Shown: positions 29,563 to 39,977, counted from the first letter of the stretch. The stretch is 64,000 bases of DNA from Nostoc sp. (GCF_036916855.1 NZ_JBALFE010000029.1), one strand, 5' to 3'. The notes: generated by a model not told the origin, from the sequence alone. Made by a program: numbers and translations.

Positions 29563-30717
29563 ATGATCAAAAACACTACTTTAGATCCTCTAGTAAGCGA
29601 TGTTCGGTGTGAAGAAATTTGTCAGATTTTGGGAGAGACTTACAACCAGGAACGCTGGAACGATTGGCGCTGGCAAATGCGGCATCGGTTAACTAAGCTG
29701 GAACACTTTCAAAAGTTATTAAGGCTTAGTGCTACCGAAGAACAAGGACTTTTAATCGCACCAGAGAAGTTTGCTGTAGCCGTAACCCCATACTTTGCAT
29801 CACTACTCGATCCAGAAGATCCCTTTTGCCCACTACGGTTACAAGTGATACCACGGCAAGAAGAACTAATAGTTAGTCCAGCAGACATGGTAGATCCATG
29901 CGGTGAGGATCACGACACTCCAGTGCCAGGACTTGTACACCGTTACCCCGACCGGGTTTTGCTGCTTGCCCTAGACACTTGTGCTGCTTATTGTCGTTAC
30001 TGCACCCGCTCTCGTTTGGTGAGCCAAGGTGAGATGTACCCAGTAACGCGGCGATTGGATGCGATCGCTGCTTACCTAGAGGAACACACCGAGGTCCGCG
30101 ATGTACTAATTTCCGGTGGCGATCCTCTGTTGATGTCTGATGAACCTTTAGACAATTTGCTTGGGCGGCTGCGTGCTATTAAGCATATTGAATTTATCCG
30201 AATTGGTTCTCGCGTGCCGAGTTTTTTACCGCAGCGAATTACACCGGAACTGGTTGCATTGCTTCGTAAACATCGCGTGTGGCTTTCTTTGCACTTTTGT
30301 CATGTGCGGGAACTTACCCCGGAAGTGGCACAAGCTTGCGATCGCCTAGCTGATGGCGGCATTCCTCTAGGCAGTCAAACCGTGCTGTTAAAAGGTGTGA
30401 ATGATTCTGAAAAAGCCCTGAAGAATCTGCTTCACGGTCTTCTCAAGCTGCGTGTGCGACCTTATTATCTTTACCAATGCGACCCAGTTGTTGGCACAGC
30501 ACATCTGCGAACGAGTGTTCAAACTGGGCTTGATTTAATTTCTAAATTGCGTGGTCATACCACTGGTTACGCTTTACCAACTTATGTAATTGATGCCCCT
30601 GGCGGTGGTGGCAAAGTCCCAATTCAAGCCGAGACTCTACTTGCTTATGAGAAAGGCACAGCTACAGTGCGAAATTGGGCAGGTAAGACATACACCTATG
30701 TAGATCCAGTGCAGTAA
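29563..30717 (+). CDS. kamA: Lysine 2,3-aminomutase family radical-SAM/PLP enzyme (KamA/EpmB-like)
   Basis: CAAYCRYCTRS (CxxxCxxC), SGGDPL, and the PLP-lysine motif DAPGGGGKVPI. ATG at 29563; the track ORF starts at an upstream TTG. Confidence 0.9.
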   Translation: MIKNTTLDPLVSDVRCEEICQILGETYNQERWNDWRWQMRHRLTKLEHFQKLLRLSATEEQGLLIAPEKFAVAVTPYFASLLDPEDPFCPLRLQVIPRQEELIVSPADMVDPCGEDHDTPVPGLVHRYPDRVLLLALDTCAAYCRYCTRSRLVSQGEMYPVTRRLDAIAAYLEEHTEVRDVLISGGDPLLMSDEPLDNLLGRLRAIKHIEFIRIGSRVPSFLPQRITPELVALLRKHRVWLSLHFCHVRELTPEVAQACDRLADGGIPLGSQTVLLKGVNDSEKALKNLLHGLLKLRVRPYYLYQCDPVVGTAHLRTSVQTGLDLISKLRGHTTGYALPTYVIDAPGGGGKVPIQAETLLAYEKGTATVRNWAGKTYTYVDPVQ

Positions 30718-30835
30718 GGCTAACACTATATATTTGTATAGGAGTTGTTCGCCATCATTTAAAAGACCGAGTTGAGATGGTTCTGTTGGATGATGGCGAA
30801 CTAAAAAACTAAGTAATCGTAGGAGATTAGTTGGA

Positions 30836-31237
30836 ATGTTGATTGTTGGTAATACAAACCTAAAAGGTCGAGGTGTCTTTGCACAGAAGCGCTTTTTAAA
30901 AGGAGAGATCGTTGAGAGAGCGCCAGTTGTTGTTATACCCGCACAAGAGGTTGAATTCCTAGATAAAACAATTTTGGGCAACTATTACTATGATTGGGAA
31001 GATAAAGCTGCGGCGATCGCTCTAGGTTTAGCATCACTGTTTAACCATTCTTACGATCCCAATACTTACTATGTGAAAAAATTTGCCGAAGGAGAGGTGG
31101 AATTGATTGCCTACCAAGATATAGAAGTAGGAGAAGAAATTACTGCCAACTATAATGGTTCTCCTGAGGATCAATCTCCTATATGGTTTGATGTAGTTGA
31201 TGAGATATCTTCATTCACTTCATTGAGGATTTCGTAA
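30836..31237 (+). CDS. SET-domain protein (putative lysine methyltransferase)
   Basis: 133 aa. GRGVFA, NHSYDPN (the NHSCxPN-type motif) and EEITANY. An aggag Shine-Dalgarno sequence precedes the ATG. Confidence 0.85.
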   Translation: MLIVGNTNLKGRGVFAQKRFLKGEIVERAPVVVIPAQEVEFLDKTILGNYYYDWEDKAAAIALGLASLFNHSYDPNTYYVKKFAEGEVELIAYQDIEVGEEITANYNGSPEDQSPIWFDVVDEISSFTSLRIS

Positions 31238-31299
31238 ATACACCTGATTTGTATATTAAAGCTAACAGCGAAAGCTTTCTCACCAGGAATTATAGGGCT

Positions 31300-32289
31300 A
31301 TGGGGTTATTAATTGGTCTGTGTTATGACCTGAAGACAGACTACCTTAAGGCTGGTTTCAGTGCCTCTGAAGTTATGGAGTTTGACGATGAAGAAACTAT
31401 CATCGGGCTGGAAACTGCACTATTTCAGTTAGGTCATCAGGTTGAACGTGTTGGTAATGGTAGAGAACTTGCTGGGCGCTTGGCAAAAGGCGATCGCTGG
31501 GATTTAATTTTCAATATTGCTGAGGGTTTGCAGGGTCGCTCTCGCGAAGCTCAAGTTCCAGCAGTCTGCGAATTATTCGCTCAACCTTACACCTTTTCCG
31601 ATCCGCTCACCTGCGCCTTAACACTAGACAAGGCGCTTGCTAAAAGAGTCGTACGCGATCTCGGTTTGCCGACAGCTCCCTTTGAAGTGGTAAGTAATAC
31701 CACAGAAGCCGCAGCTGTGTCACTGCCAATGCCACTTTTTCTCAAGCCTGTGGCGGAAGGCAGTTCTAAAGGGGTAACTGGACGTTCTCTTGTCAAAGAA
31801 CGCGAGGAGTTAGTAAATACTTATCAATTGTTACGCGAACTTTTTCAGCAACCAGTACTCGTGGAAACCTTTCTTCCTGGTAGAGAAGTAACAGTGGGCA
31901 TTGTTGGCAACGGTAGCAACTCACGGGTAGTAGGTGTGATGGAAGTAATTTTTACAGGACAAGCTGAAGCTTTTGCTTACACTACCCTCAACAAGGATGA
32001 GTATCTGGAACAGGTATCTTATCGTTTGCTCATAGATCCCGAACCACTGGCAGCACAGGCAAGGCAACTGGCGCTGAATGCTTACCATACTCTTGGTTGC
32101 CGTGACGCTGCCCGCGTGGATCTGCGCTGCGATGCTAGCGGGGTGTTGCAGTTTATGGAGCTTAACCCATTGCCAGGGCTACATCACATCCGCTCAGACT
32201 TACCAATTATGGGACGTTTGGGTGGTGTGACATACACAGAAATCATTGCTGAAATAGTCGAGTCTGCATGGCAAAGGTACAAATCTTGA
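31300..32289 (+). CDS. ATP-grasp ligase of the D-Ala-D-Ala-ligase-like family
   Basis: 329 aa from the ATG at 31300. The Ddl-like layout is visible: GRSREAQVPAVCELFAQPYTFSD, KALAKRVVRDLGLPTAPF, LFLKPVAEGSSKGV, and ARVDLRCD...FMELNPLPGL. Confidence 0.8.
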   Translation: MGLLIGLCYDLKTDYLKAGFSASEVMEFDDEETIIGLETALFQLGHQVERVGNGRELAGRLAKGDRWDLIFNIAEGLQGRSREAQVPAVCELFAQPYTFSDPLTCALTLDKALAKRVVRDLGLPTAPFEVVSNTTEAAAVSLPMPLFLKPVAEGSSKGVTGRSLVKEREELVNTYQLLRELFQQPVLVETFLPGREVTVGIVGNGSNSRVVGVMEVIFTGQAEAFAYTTLNKDEYLEQVSYRLLIDPEPLAAQARQLALNAYHTLGCRDAARVDLRCDASGVLQFMELNPLPGLHHIRSDLPIMGRLGGVTYTEIIAEIVESAWQRYKS

Positions 32290-32439
32290 AGCTAGTTTCG
32301 AATAAATTCGTGAATGACAAAGGTACAAATGTTGAGGCGTAAGGGAGTGGCGATCGCCACTCGTGAAACTAGGAGACTCCCTAATCATTTTCAGATTTTT
32401 TAGTTTTTCTAACTTAAAATTTATTTTAGCAGGACTTAT

Positions 32440-33816
32440 TCAAGCAGACTCAATCTCAGTAGTCAAAAGATAAAAACGCCCAGTTAAAAGCACTGCACCC
32501 ATGAGTAGCCCTAGTACTAAACCCAACCATAAACCTATAGCACCCCAGCCAAAAGTGAATGCCATCAGATAGCCCCCACCTAGACCTACTCCCCAGTAAG
32601 CGAACATAGTAATTAACACTGGCACTTTGGTGTCCTTCAACCCGATTAAAGCACCAGCAGCAATAGTCTGAATAGAATAAAATATCTGGACTATTGCCCC
32701 CACAGCTAGAAAAGAAATTGCTGTTTTAACTATCTCGATATTATCCAAATTACTGGTGTCCAAATACATTGCCACAATATAGTTGGGAAATAGCCAAAAA
32801 ATTAGTGCGACAATACTCACAATTGGAGTAATAAGCCCAATGCAGACAAATCCGGCTATGCTTGCACCCTTGAGATCATTTTGTCCCCTCAACTGCCCTA
32901 CTCTCATCGTGACGGCATAGGAAATACCTATAGACACTGTTTCAACAAAACTTTCTGTCTCAACGGTAATTTCATGGGCTGCTAATGTCTCTGTCCCAAA
33001 CCACCCCATCAGTAAAGCAGTGGCTGTGAATACTCCAATTTCTGCTCCATACTGCAACCCCAAGAACCATCCAGTTTGGAAGATATCTATAAACATATCT
33101 TTATCGAACTGATGCAGAGCGCAATCAAGCTGGTAGTCTTTAAAGTATTCGTCGAAGCAAATCCAACTAGCAGCGGCGATAAAATTCAGCCAAAAAATGA
33201 GTGTGCTTCCCCAACCGATACCGGCTAAACCAAGGGCTGGTAAACCAAATTTACCAAACATTAACACGTAATTAGCAACCGCATTTAATAATAGTCCAGC
33301 TACCGTAATTACTGTTAGGAATTGGGGACGATTGAGGGCAGAGCTAACTTCTTTTAAAATACAGAAACCGAGTGCAGCAGGAAAACCCCAAACAATAGAC
33401 CGCAAATATGTTTGAGCCAATAACACATTACTTTCTTCTTGGCCAGTCAGCAGTAGGATATAGTCAAAGTGCCAAATGATAAACATCACAGGTAAGCACA
33501 TCGTCACAGCTAACCAAATTCCTTGACCGGTAGCACGGCTAACTTGGTCTATTTTTCCTGCACCAAAAGCATTTGCGACACTCACACCGGCGGCTGAAAG
33601 AATAGAACGACAAACGGAAGCTAGAGTAGAAAAGGTAACAGCGCCTAAAGCACCCGCAGCTAAAGCTTGGCTGTTAAGTAAGCCCATCATCACCCCATCC
33701 AATAAAGGAATGCCCGCTTCTAATATTTGAGTAATTACCAGAGGAACTGCCAATTGCAGGCAGGCTTGGACTTCTAATATCAGTTCTGACTTAAATTCTT
33801 TTGAAGTTAACTCCAT
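32440..33816 (-). CDS. MATE-family efflux transporter
   Basis: 459 aa from MELTSKEF. About 12 TM helices with an internally duplicated 6+6 pattern, and a MATE-like N-terminus (LAVPLVITQILEAGIPLLDGVMMGLL). Confidence 0.88.
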   Translation of the reverse strand: MELTSKEFKSELILEVQACLQLAVPLVITQILEAGIPLLDGVMMGLLNSQALAAGALGAVTFSTLASVCRSILSAAGVSVANAFGAGKIDQVSRATGQGIWLAVTMCLPVMFIIWHFDYILLLTGQEESNVLLAQTYLRSIVWGFPAALGFCILKEVSSALNRPQFLTVITVAGLLLNAVANYVLMFGKFGLPALGLAGIGWGSTLIFWLNFIAAASWICFDEYFKDYQLDCALHQFDKDMFIDIFQTGWFLGLQYGAEIGVFTATALLMGWFGTETLAAHEITVETESFVETVSIGISYAVTMRVGQLRGQNDLKGASIAGFVCIGLITPIVSIVALIFWLFPNYIVAMYLDTSNLDNIEIVKTAISFLAVGAIVQIFYSIQTIAAGALIGLKDTKVPVLITMFAYWGVGLGGGYLMAFTFGWGAIGLWLGLVLGLLMGAVLLTGRFYLLTTEIESA

Positions 33817-33939
33817 TGGGCACAAAAATTAAGGAGGGTGCTAAAAAAGTAACGCTTAATGTATTAAGATATGTTACCACTTACAGATGCGCTTAACTCA
33901 AGCTATTAGCGATCGCCTGATCCTCTCAACAGAAAAACA

Positions 33940-33969
33940 GCGTAGGCGCAGCCCGCTATAGGCATCGCC
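33940..33969 (-). repeat. Diverged copy of the dispersed ~30-nt repeat
   Basis: cgtaggcgcagcccgctataggcatcgcc, compared with cgtaggcgtagcccgtcgtagacatcgc at 59576. Confidence 0.6.
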
Positions 33970-34071
33970 CCACCTTGATTATGTATAAAACTTTGCCTTG
34001 GAGCCGGAGATTGGGAAAAGTAAAATTATATATAGCAATCGGATTTGATTTATGAAAAAATATAACTATGT

Positions 34072-34147
34072 GTAGGGTGTGTTACGGTTTCCGCAACGCA
34101 CCATCCGAAGGTTTTGGTGCGTTAGCCTACGGCATAACACACCCTAC
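34072..34147. repeat. ~76-nt imperfect palindromic element (REP/MITE-like hairpin)
   Basis: gtagggtgtgttacg...aacgcacc // ggtgcgtt...cataacacaccctac. The outer arms match at 13 of 14 positions and the inner arms share aacgcacc/ggtgcgtt. Confidence 0.65.
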
Positions 34148-34587
34148 GTGTATTTCAGAAATCAAATACTAGTCCTATATGTGCTTCCCTACTCCACATT
34201 TTTACCGTGATAAAATCTTTCCAAACTTTTAAAGTTATGCGGTTACGAACTTCAGCTTAATTGATTAAAGTAACTAGCGGGGCACTCCAGCAACAGCCTA
34301 TGCAGCCCACTAAAGGCGGTAACTAAGTAACTGATTATTCTTTTAATAGATAAAAAAATGATTTTTTCTAATTAATAACATCTGCCTCAAGAGATATTTT
34401 AAAATTATCTTCAAGCAAATATGCTGCTAATAAGAATTTATAGACTTAATTTTCCTTGAAATCTCTGTAAGTCTTAGCTTAGTAGGCTAACTAATTGACG
34501 GTAAATTAAACAGATATGACTATGAGTTGTGAACTTGAATTAAAAAATTGTTTTAACTCAACACTCACAACTCATAACTTTTTAACA

Positions 34588-36783
34588 TTATTGCGTTGGT
34601 ATTTGTGGGTGTTGAGCAGAATATTTTGTGACGATACCAGAAATCTCAGGGTTGTAAAGTCTCAAATAATTCCAGTAGTTGCCAAATACTTGACGCACAT
34701 AATTTTTGGTTTCATCAAAGGGAATTTCTTCAACAAACTCGTCTGGGTCTTGTGTAGTTAGAGTTTGCAGCCATTTGGAGACATTACCGGGGCCAGCATT
34801 GTAACTGGCGATCGCCAGCAAGGAGTTATTGTTATATTGATCGTGGGTATGACCCAAATACCATGTACCCAGCATAATGTTATCGTTGGGATTTTCTAGA
34901 TTTATTGTTTTGAAATCCAACTTGATTTGTGGGGCAATCCATTTAGCTGTACTCGGCAACACCTGCATTAAGCCAGTAGCATCAGCGACGGATTTGATTT
35001 TTGGTTCAAATCGTGACTCTTGACGCATCAGAGCAGTCACTAGCAGAGGATTGAGTTTACGCTCAATAGACCACTTTTCAATCTCCCGGAGATAGGGAAA
35101 TGGATAACGGGCTTGCCAGTAGATGATTTGTTTGCTCAGAGTCTGATATTGGGCAAGTTCTGCTGGTATTTCCCGGTCTTCCAATTTAGAAATTTTGTCG
35201 ATTCCGATGAGATTTTCTCCCTTAGCCTGCCGCATCAACCCTTCAGTAAATTGCTCTGCTACCGTTGGCTGAATTTTGTTCTGAAATTCCGTTTGCCATT
35301 GTAACCAGGCATCGCGGTCTTGACCTAGCAAATACAATTCTTGGAAAGTTTCAGAACCAGCAGGAGGTAGTGGACGCTGGGGCGCGATTACTTCTGGGTT
35401 CATGACGCGCACATTGTCAAAGTTGCCGACATTTAGCCCTAACATTGTCGCGGCTCGCCATGCATAGTAAGAGTAGGGAAACTGGCTAATCACATACTCA
35501 TAAGCAGTTTTAGACTCCTGCTGTTTGCCTAGTGAAGCTGCCCATTTGCCTACCCAAAAGCCTGCTCTCGGAGCCAAAATACTATTGGGGTTATTGGTGA
35601 CAATTGGTTCTGCCCATTGCCAAGCACCGACGTAATCTTTGGCATTGGCTTTATCTTGGGCGATTTTCCAGCGATACTCTGCCGCTTCATCAGAATTACC
35701 GTATTTGGCTATGAGTAATTGCCATGCGGCGCTAGCTGACTTTTGATCCTTGAGAGTTTGGAGAGTTTTGGCTTTTTGTATCAGGGCAGTACCAGCTTGT
35801 TTCGGAAATTTACTAATTACTTGATCGAGATAGGGTAAGGCCTCTTTACCTGTTTTTGTGGTTTCTGCTAACCGCAGTAAGGCAGTCCCACTTTCCTCAG
35901 TATTGGGAAATTGCTGTACTAGTTGTTTATAGGTAGCGATCGCTTTTTCTTTATCTTTGCCTCCCACCTGTAAACCCCGTGCATTCCGGTAGAGGTTGCG
36001 CGATGTTTTGGGTGCTTTGGCGTAAGCATTCGCCGCTTTCAGAAATTGATTATTTTCCCAATAGCTTGTACCAATGAGTTCCCAGTCTTCGGGTTTGAGG
36101 GTGGGCTGTTTGACTAGCTGATCCAAAACGCCCACTATGCCTGGTTGATCGTAGGCATATTTAGCCAAAATCAATTGTAATTGTGGCTGATTGGGATTTT
36201 CTTGCAACCGTTTGCGGATAATTTCCCAAGTCAAAGGATTGGAAGGAAATTGAGCGATCGCAGTTTCTTGTTGCTTCGGTTGGGCAATCAGATATAACGC
36301 TTTCACTGTGGCCGCTTCTTTGGGATACAGTTTCAGCACTCTTTGTCTGAGATCCGAGGCTTTGCCGTCCTCGCCTAGCATATCCTCTGCCTGGGCTTGT
36401 TTCAGCAAAATGTAAGGCGCGAGGATGGCATAGTCTTTCTCTAGTCCTTGGAGTAAAACCAGAGCTTTTTGCGCTTGGGTTCTTTCAATATAATCACTCG
36501 CCAAAAGATAACGAGCGCGATTTCGGTCTGGCGATCGCGATTCTTGGGCGATCGCTGCTAGTTTTGCTGCTCGTTCTGGCAGAGATTGCGATATCAGTGG
36601 AAAGACCGCTGATTGGGCAATGCTACCCTCTGATGTTGACTCTAGTTGATTATTACCCAGTTTGAGCCATTTTCCTAGAGATTTACCAATCTCAGGTGCT
36701 GATACCATTGCCCCAGCTAAAAAGGCAAACAGTGCTGCACCCGCAATTATCGAAATTTGCTTTTTCTGTAGTTTCTTCAGCAT
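34588..36783 (-). CDS. Soluble lytic murein transglycosylase (Slt70-like)
   Basis: 731 aa. Signal/anchor segment, a long TPR-like superhelical region, and a C-terminal SLT domain with the catalytic MRQESRFEP, GLMQV and AYNAGPGNV. Confidence 0.88.
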   Translation of the reverse strand: MLKKLQKKQISIIAGAALFAFLAGAMVSAPEIGKSLGKWLKLGNNQLESTSEGSIAQSAVFPLISQSLPERAAKLAAIAQESRSPDRNRARYLLASDYIERTQAQKALVLLQGLEKDYAILAPYILLKQAQAEDMLGEDGKASDLRQRVLKLYPKEAATVKALYLIAQPKQQETAIAQFPSNPLTWEIIRKRLQENPNQPQLQLILAKYAYDQPGIVGVLDQLVKQPTLKPEDWELIGTSYWENNQFLKAANAYAKAPKTSRNLYRNARGLQVGGKDKEKAIATYKQLVQQFPNTEESGTALLRLAETTKTGKEALPYLDQVISKFPKQAGTALIQKAKTLQTLKDQKSASAAWQLLIAKYGNSDEAAEYRWKIAQDKANAKDYVGAWQWAEPIVTNNPNSILAPRAGFWVGKWAASLGKQQESKTAYEYVISQFPYSYYAWRAATMLGLNVGNFDNVRVMNPEVIAPQRPLPPAGSETFQELYLLGQDRDAWLQWQTEFQNKIQPTVAEQFTEGLMRQAKGENLIGIDKISKLEDREIPAELAQYQTLSKQIIYWQARYPFPYLREIEKWSIERKLNPLLVTALMRQESRFEPKIKSVADATGLMQVLPSTAKWIAPQIKLDFKTINLENPNDNIMLGTWYLGHTHDQYNNNSLLAIASYNAGPGNVSKWLQTLTTQDPDEFVEEIPFDETKNYVRQVFGNYWNYLRLYNPEISGIVTKYSAQHPQIPTQ

Positions 36784-37634
36784 GAATACCCGCTGAAAAG
36801 TTCCGGTGAATTTCTTGAAACTCTAGCACTCCTACCCATCAGTGTGTCCAATTTTTAATTTTAGATTTTTAATTTTATGTAGAAAAATACTAATTTTCAA
36901 TCTTTTAGGTTGCCTGTAATGAGTGAATAGCACATATTAAAGTCTATTACATCTATCTTGGGTATATCATAAATGGAATTGGTCGCTATCACTTGTGCGC
37001 TTTTTCCAGGTCATTAGCTGCTGTGCTTTCGCCTGAGATTTAGGTAATTATCGTGGTTTAGAACAATGGCAAGTATCCATAATTGACCAGATTCGAGGGA
37101 AAACTAGTATAGGTAGATGTAGCATCGTAATGAATAAAGTGCATTTAGGTGCAATGATTTTTTGCAATTAGCTTGATCTTTAGCGATCGCATTTTCTGGA
37201 TCAAACTTGAGTGATTATTGCCAAGATACGCCTTGTAATGCCCATAATTTCCCAGCCAAAGCATGGAAGTCTGCATTGCTGGAATACAAAGCAATAGCTC
37301 TATTGTTGCCTGCTACTGCTTCAGAATAACTATTTTGTGTGAATAAATACAGCGCTTGTCTGTGATACCAGATGGCTTGGTTGTGTAGATGGAGAATATC
37401 AGATAAGTCCACCTTGTACTGCAAGTTGGGGAGTGGGAGAAGATGAGGGAGATATGATAGTAGTTTATTATGTATAATCATTATTTCTCTTCTCCCCTTT
37501 ACCAGATGGTAACTTCTGATCTTCTGAGACGAGAAACGCCCAGTTAAAACCAGTATCTTGAACGTGGTGAAACATCTGTCCGCATTCCCTGAGATTAGAG
37601 ATAATATTTCTATCATCAGTAATTCTGAAAAGCC

Positions 37635-38255
37635 ATGACTCAAGCCATACCCAAGCTAGTAACCTTTGAGGAATTTGTCGATTGGCTACCTGAAAATTCA
37701 GGGATACGCTACGAACTGCATAATGGAAACATTATTGAGATGGCACAACCAGTAGGGGAACATGAGGAAGTTAAAGGATTTTTAGGTATCGAAATTCCTG
37801 TTGAAATCAAACGTCTAGGATTGCCCTACTTCATGCCCAACCAAGTTATAGTTAGACCTCCTGAAAAAGATTCTGGTTACATCCCAGATGTGTTGGTGCT
37901 AAATCGGGCAAATCTTGCAAACGAAAAATTATGGAAAAAAGAATCTACTGTTAGTTTGGGTGCATCGATCCCTTTGGCAATTGAGGTTGTATCAACCAAC
38001 TGGCGGGACGATTACTACTTGAAGTATGCTGAATATGAAGAGATGGGTATCCCGGAATACTGGATTGTCGATTATGCTGCCTTGGGTGGACGTAATTTTA
38101 TCGGTAATCCCAAACAACCGACAATCTCTGTCTGTAACTTAGTTGATGGAGAATATCAGATAAGTAAGTTTCGAGATAGCGATCGCATTATTTCCCAAAC
38201 TTTTCCCCAATTGAATCTTACCCCAAACCAGATTTTTCAAGCTGGTGTGATATAG
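37635..38255 (+). CDS. Uma2-family (DUF820) putative endonuclease
   Basis: 206 aa. TFEEFVDWLPE..., PDVLVL..., IEVVSTNWRDDYYLKYAEYEEMGIPEYWIVDYAALGGRNFIGNPKQPTISV. Confidence 0.85.
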   Translation: MTQAIPKLVTFEEFVDWLPENSGIRYELHNGNIIEMAQPVGEHEEVKGFLGIEIPVEIKRLGLPYFMPNQVIVRPPEKDSGYIPDVLVLNRANLANEKLWKKESTVSLGASIPLAIEVVSTNWRDDYYLKYAEYEEMGIPEYWIVDYAALGGRNFIGNPKQPTISVCNLVDGEYQISKFRDSDRIISQTFPQLNLTPNQIFQAGVI

Positions 38256-38491
38256 CGTTTAGATTCGTAATTTCTAAGTGTTCCGTTGACACAAATTACA
38301 CGACTGTCACAGTGTTTGCACTAGCTTTACAGATGGCTGGAGAGAGAAGAAAGCTAGCAAATGAAGCGATCGCAAGTGAGAAAATTAAATAAGTTTATAC
38401 CAGCAAAGCAAATAATAAAAAAACTTTCCCTAATGCTAACCCATCTCTACTTAATTCCCCCCATTTCTGGGGGGAATATTTTGTAATCAAA

Positions 38492-39058
38492 CTAACTAGA
38501 TACTGAATTAGCAGCTTCCGAAGTTTTCGTGGCTGGTGGAAAGCCACCCATGCGAATCTCAGAAGTGAAGGAAGTGATACTAAATCCACCAAAACTCTTG
38601 AGGACATTTACCCGCATTCGCAAATTGGGGCTAGCAAACCACAGGCGTTCTTCTGAAGACATGGTTTCATCCTCTGTAGTTAGGATTAAAGCACCATCAC
38701 TGTCAATTTTATAGCGTCCGGCAACTGGAGTTTTATTGGCATCAACTATTTCTCGCAGTAACTTGCCTTGGGCCGGATTATCGGCATCAGGTACTGAAAC
38801 TAAGACAGTTGAACCACTATGTTTTGCTTGATCCTTGTCCATTGTGCCGTTCCAGGTAATTTTGGTAGCACAGGAAGCAGAACTAGGATTAATTTTGTAA
38901 TTTTGACAGAGTTTGATCGCTTCTGGATGATCTACTGCCAGCGTCTCAATGATGATGTCTGACTTGCTATGTTCGGATTGGTTAAAAGCCAAATGTTGAC
39001 TAGTACGATGAGAAAACCATTTACCAGCACTTAACTGAAAAAACTCTTCAATATTCAT
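38492..39058 (-). CDS. Phycobiliprotein bilin lyase, CpcS/CpeS family
   Basis: 188 aa. The N-terminus [29 protein letters not shown] is the hallmark start of S-type lyases. The size fits a lipocalin-like fold. Confidence 0.85.
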   Translation of the reverse strand: MNIEEFFQLSAGKWFSHRTSQHLAFNQSEHSKSDIIIETLAVDHPEAIKLCQNYKINPSSASCATKITWNGTMDKDQAKHSGSTVLVSVPDADNPAQGKLLREIVDANKTPVAGRYKIDSDGALILTTEDETMSSEERLWFASPNLRMRVNVLKSFGGFSITSFTSEIRMGGFPPATKTSEAANSVSS

Positions 39059-39133
39059 GAATGAAATTACCCTGCATCAAAATGCTAAAATTCCCACTTA
39101 ATTATTATTAAAAGGTAGCAGGAGGCTTTAATA

Positions 39134-39814
39134 TTAAGCTTGATTGCCTATTTCCTCAAGCTTCTTGAGACCAATTCTGGCTGCCTCAGCAACGTTGAAA
39201 TGATTGTCTTTTTCTAAGTATTTCAAAGCTGAGACACTCTTGGTAGTGGGAAGATTTCCCAAGGCTTCTGCCAGACGCTGCCTTACTAACCAATCATCTG
39301 ATTGGGCAAAGCGCAGGATTTTATCAACAGACTCAATGTCTTGAATTTCTCCCAGTGCAGAGATTGCAGCTTGTTGCAACACTACTTCTTTACTATCCAA
39401 TGCCTGAAGAAGAATTTGACGGGCACGGGGGTCTTTAATATTACCTAGAGAAACAGCTGCACTAAAGCGCACTAGCCAATCAGTATCTTCATAAAATGCC
39501 CGTGAAAGTACCTCAAAGGCTCTGGCATCACCCAAATATCCTAAGGCACCGGCGGCATCAGCGCGTATACCATAATCTGGGTCATTTTCGAGAATTCTGA
39601 CCAAAATGGCATAACATTCTGGCGTCGGCTTGATTCCGAGAGCAAATATTGCCATCGATCGCAGTTGCAAAGATTCGTCGTCTAGTACCTTTTTAATCAA
39701 AGGGACTGCATCCTCAGGGGAAACATGACGCAGATTAGCAAGGGCTACCATGCGATCGCGTAAATTCGGACTTTCTAACTGAGTAGAAATTTCTTGTAAG
39801 CTTAGAGCTGCCAT
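39134..39814 (-). CDS. HEAT-repeat (PBS-lyase HEAT-like) protein, NblB/CpcE-related
   Basis: 226 aa of repeated ...R..A..ALG.. units (RSMAIFALG, RADAAGALG, RFSAAVSLG, QQAAISALG, RQRLAEALG). Confidence 0.8.
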   Translation of the reverse strand: MAALSLQEISTQLESPNLRDRMVALANLRHVSPEDAVPLIKKVLDDESLQLRSMAIFALGIKPTPECYAILVRILENDPDYGIRADAAGALGYLGDARAFEVLSRAFYEDTDWLVRFSAAVSLGNIKDPRARQILLQALDSKEVVLQQAAISALGEIQDIESVDKILRFAQSDDWLVRQRLAEALGNLPTTKSVSALKYLEKDNHFNVAEAARIGLKKLEEIGNQA

Positions 39815-39977
39815 TTAGTTCAAAGCGTTTTCTTTACTTATCTTAATTTACCTGATCCGTTCCTCAGGCTGTCGCCATAGTGAAGTAGGAGTTTGGCGAC
39901 TTTACAAAATGGCTCGATTATGAGTGAAAAATAAACAAATGTTACTTACTGCTTGATTGGGGATTGGGGAAGAAGCA

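Noticed and set aside
34516-34761. 81-aa plus-strand ORF overlapping the 3' end of the lytic transglycosylase gene
   Set aside because: It is antisense to a strongly supported gene (the SLT domain C-terminus) and has AT-rich, low-information sequence.
37215-37643. 142-aa minus-strand ORF whose C-terminal ~60 aa look TPR-like (YHRQALYLFTQNSYSEAVAGNNRAIALYSSNADFHALAGKLWALQG)
   Set aside because: The N-terminal two-thirds run through a ggagatgaggga-type repeat and overlap the Uma2 start on the other strand. At best it is a fragment of a TPR gene, and the support is not enough to annotate it.
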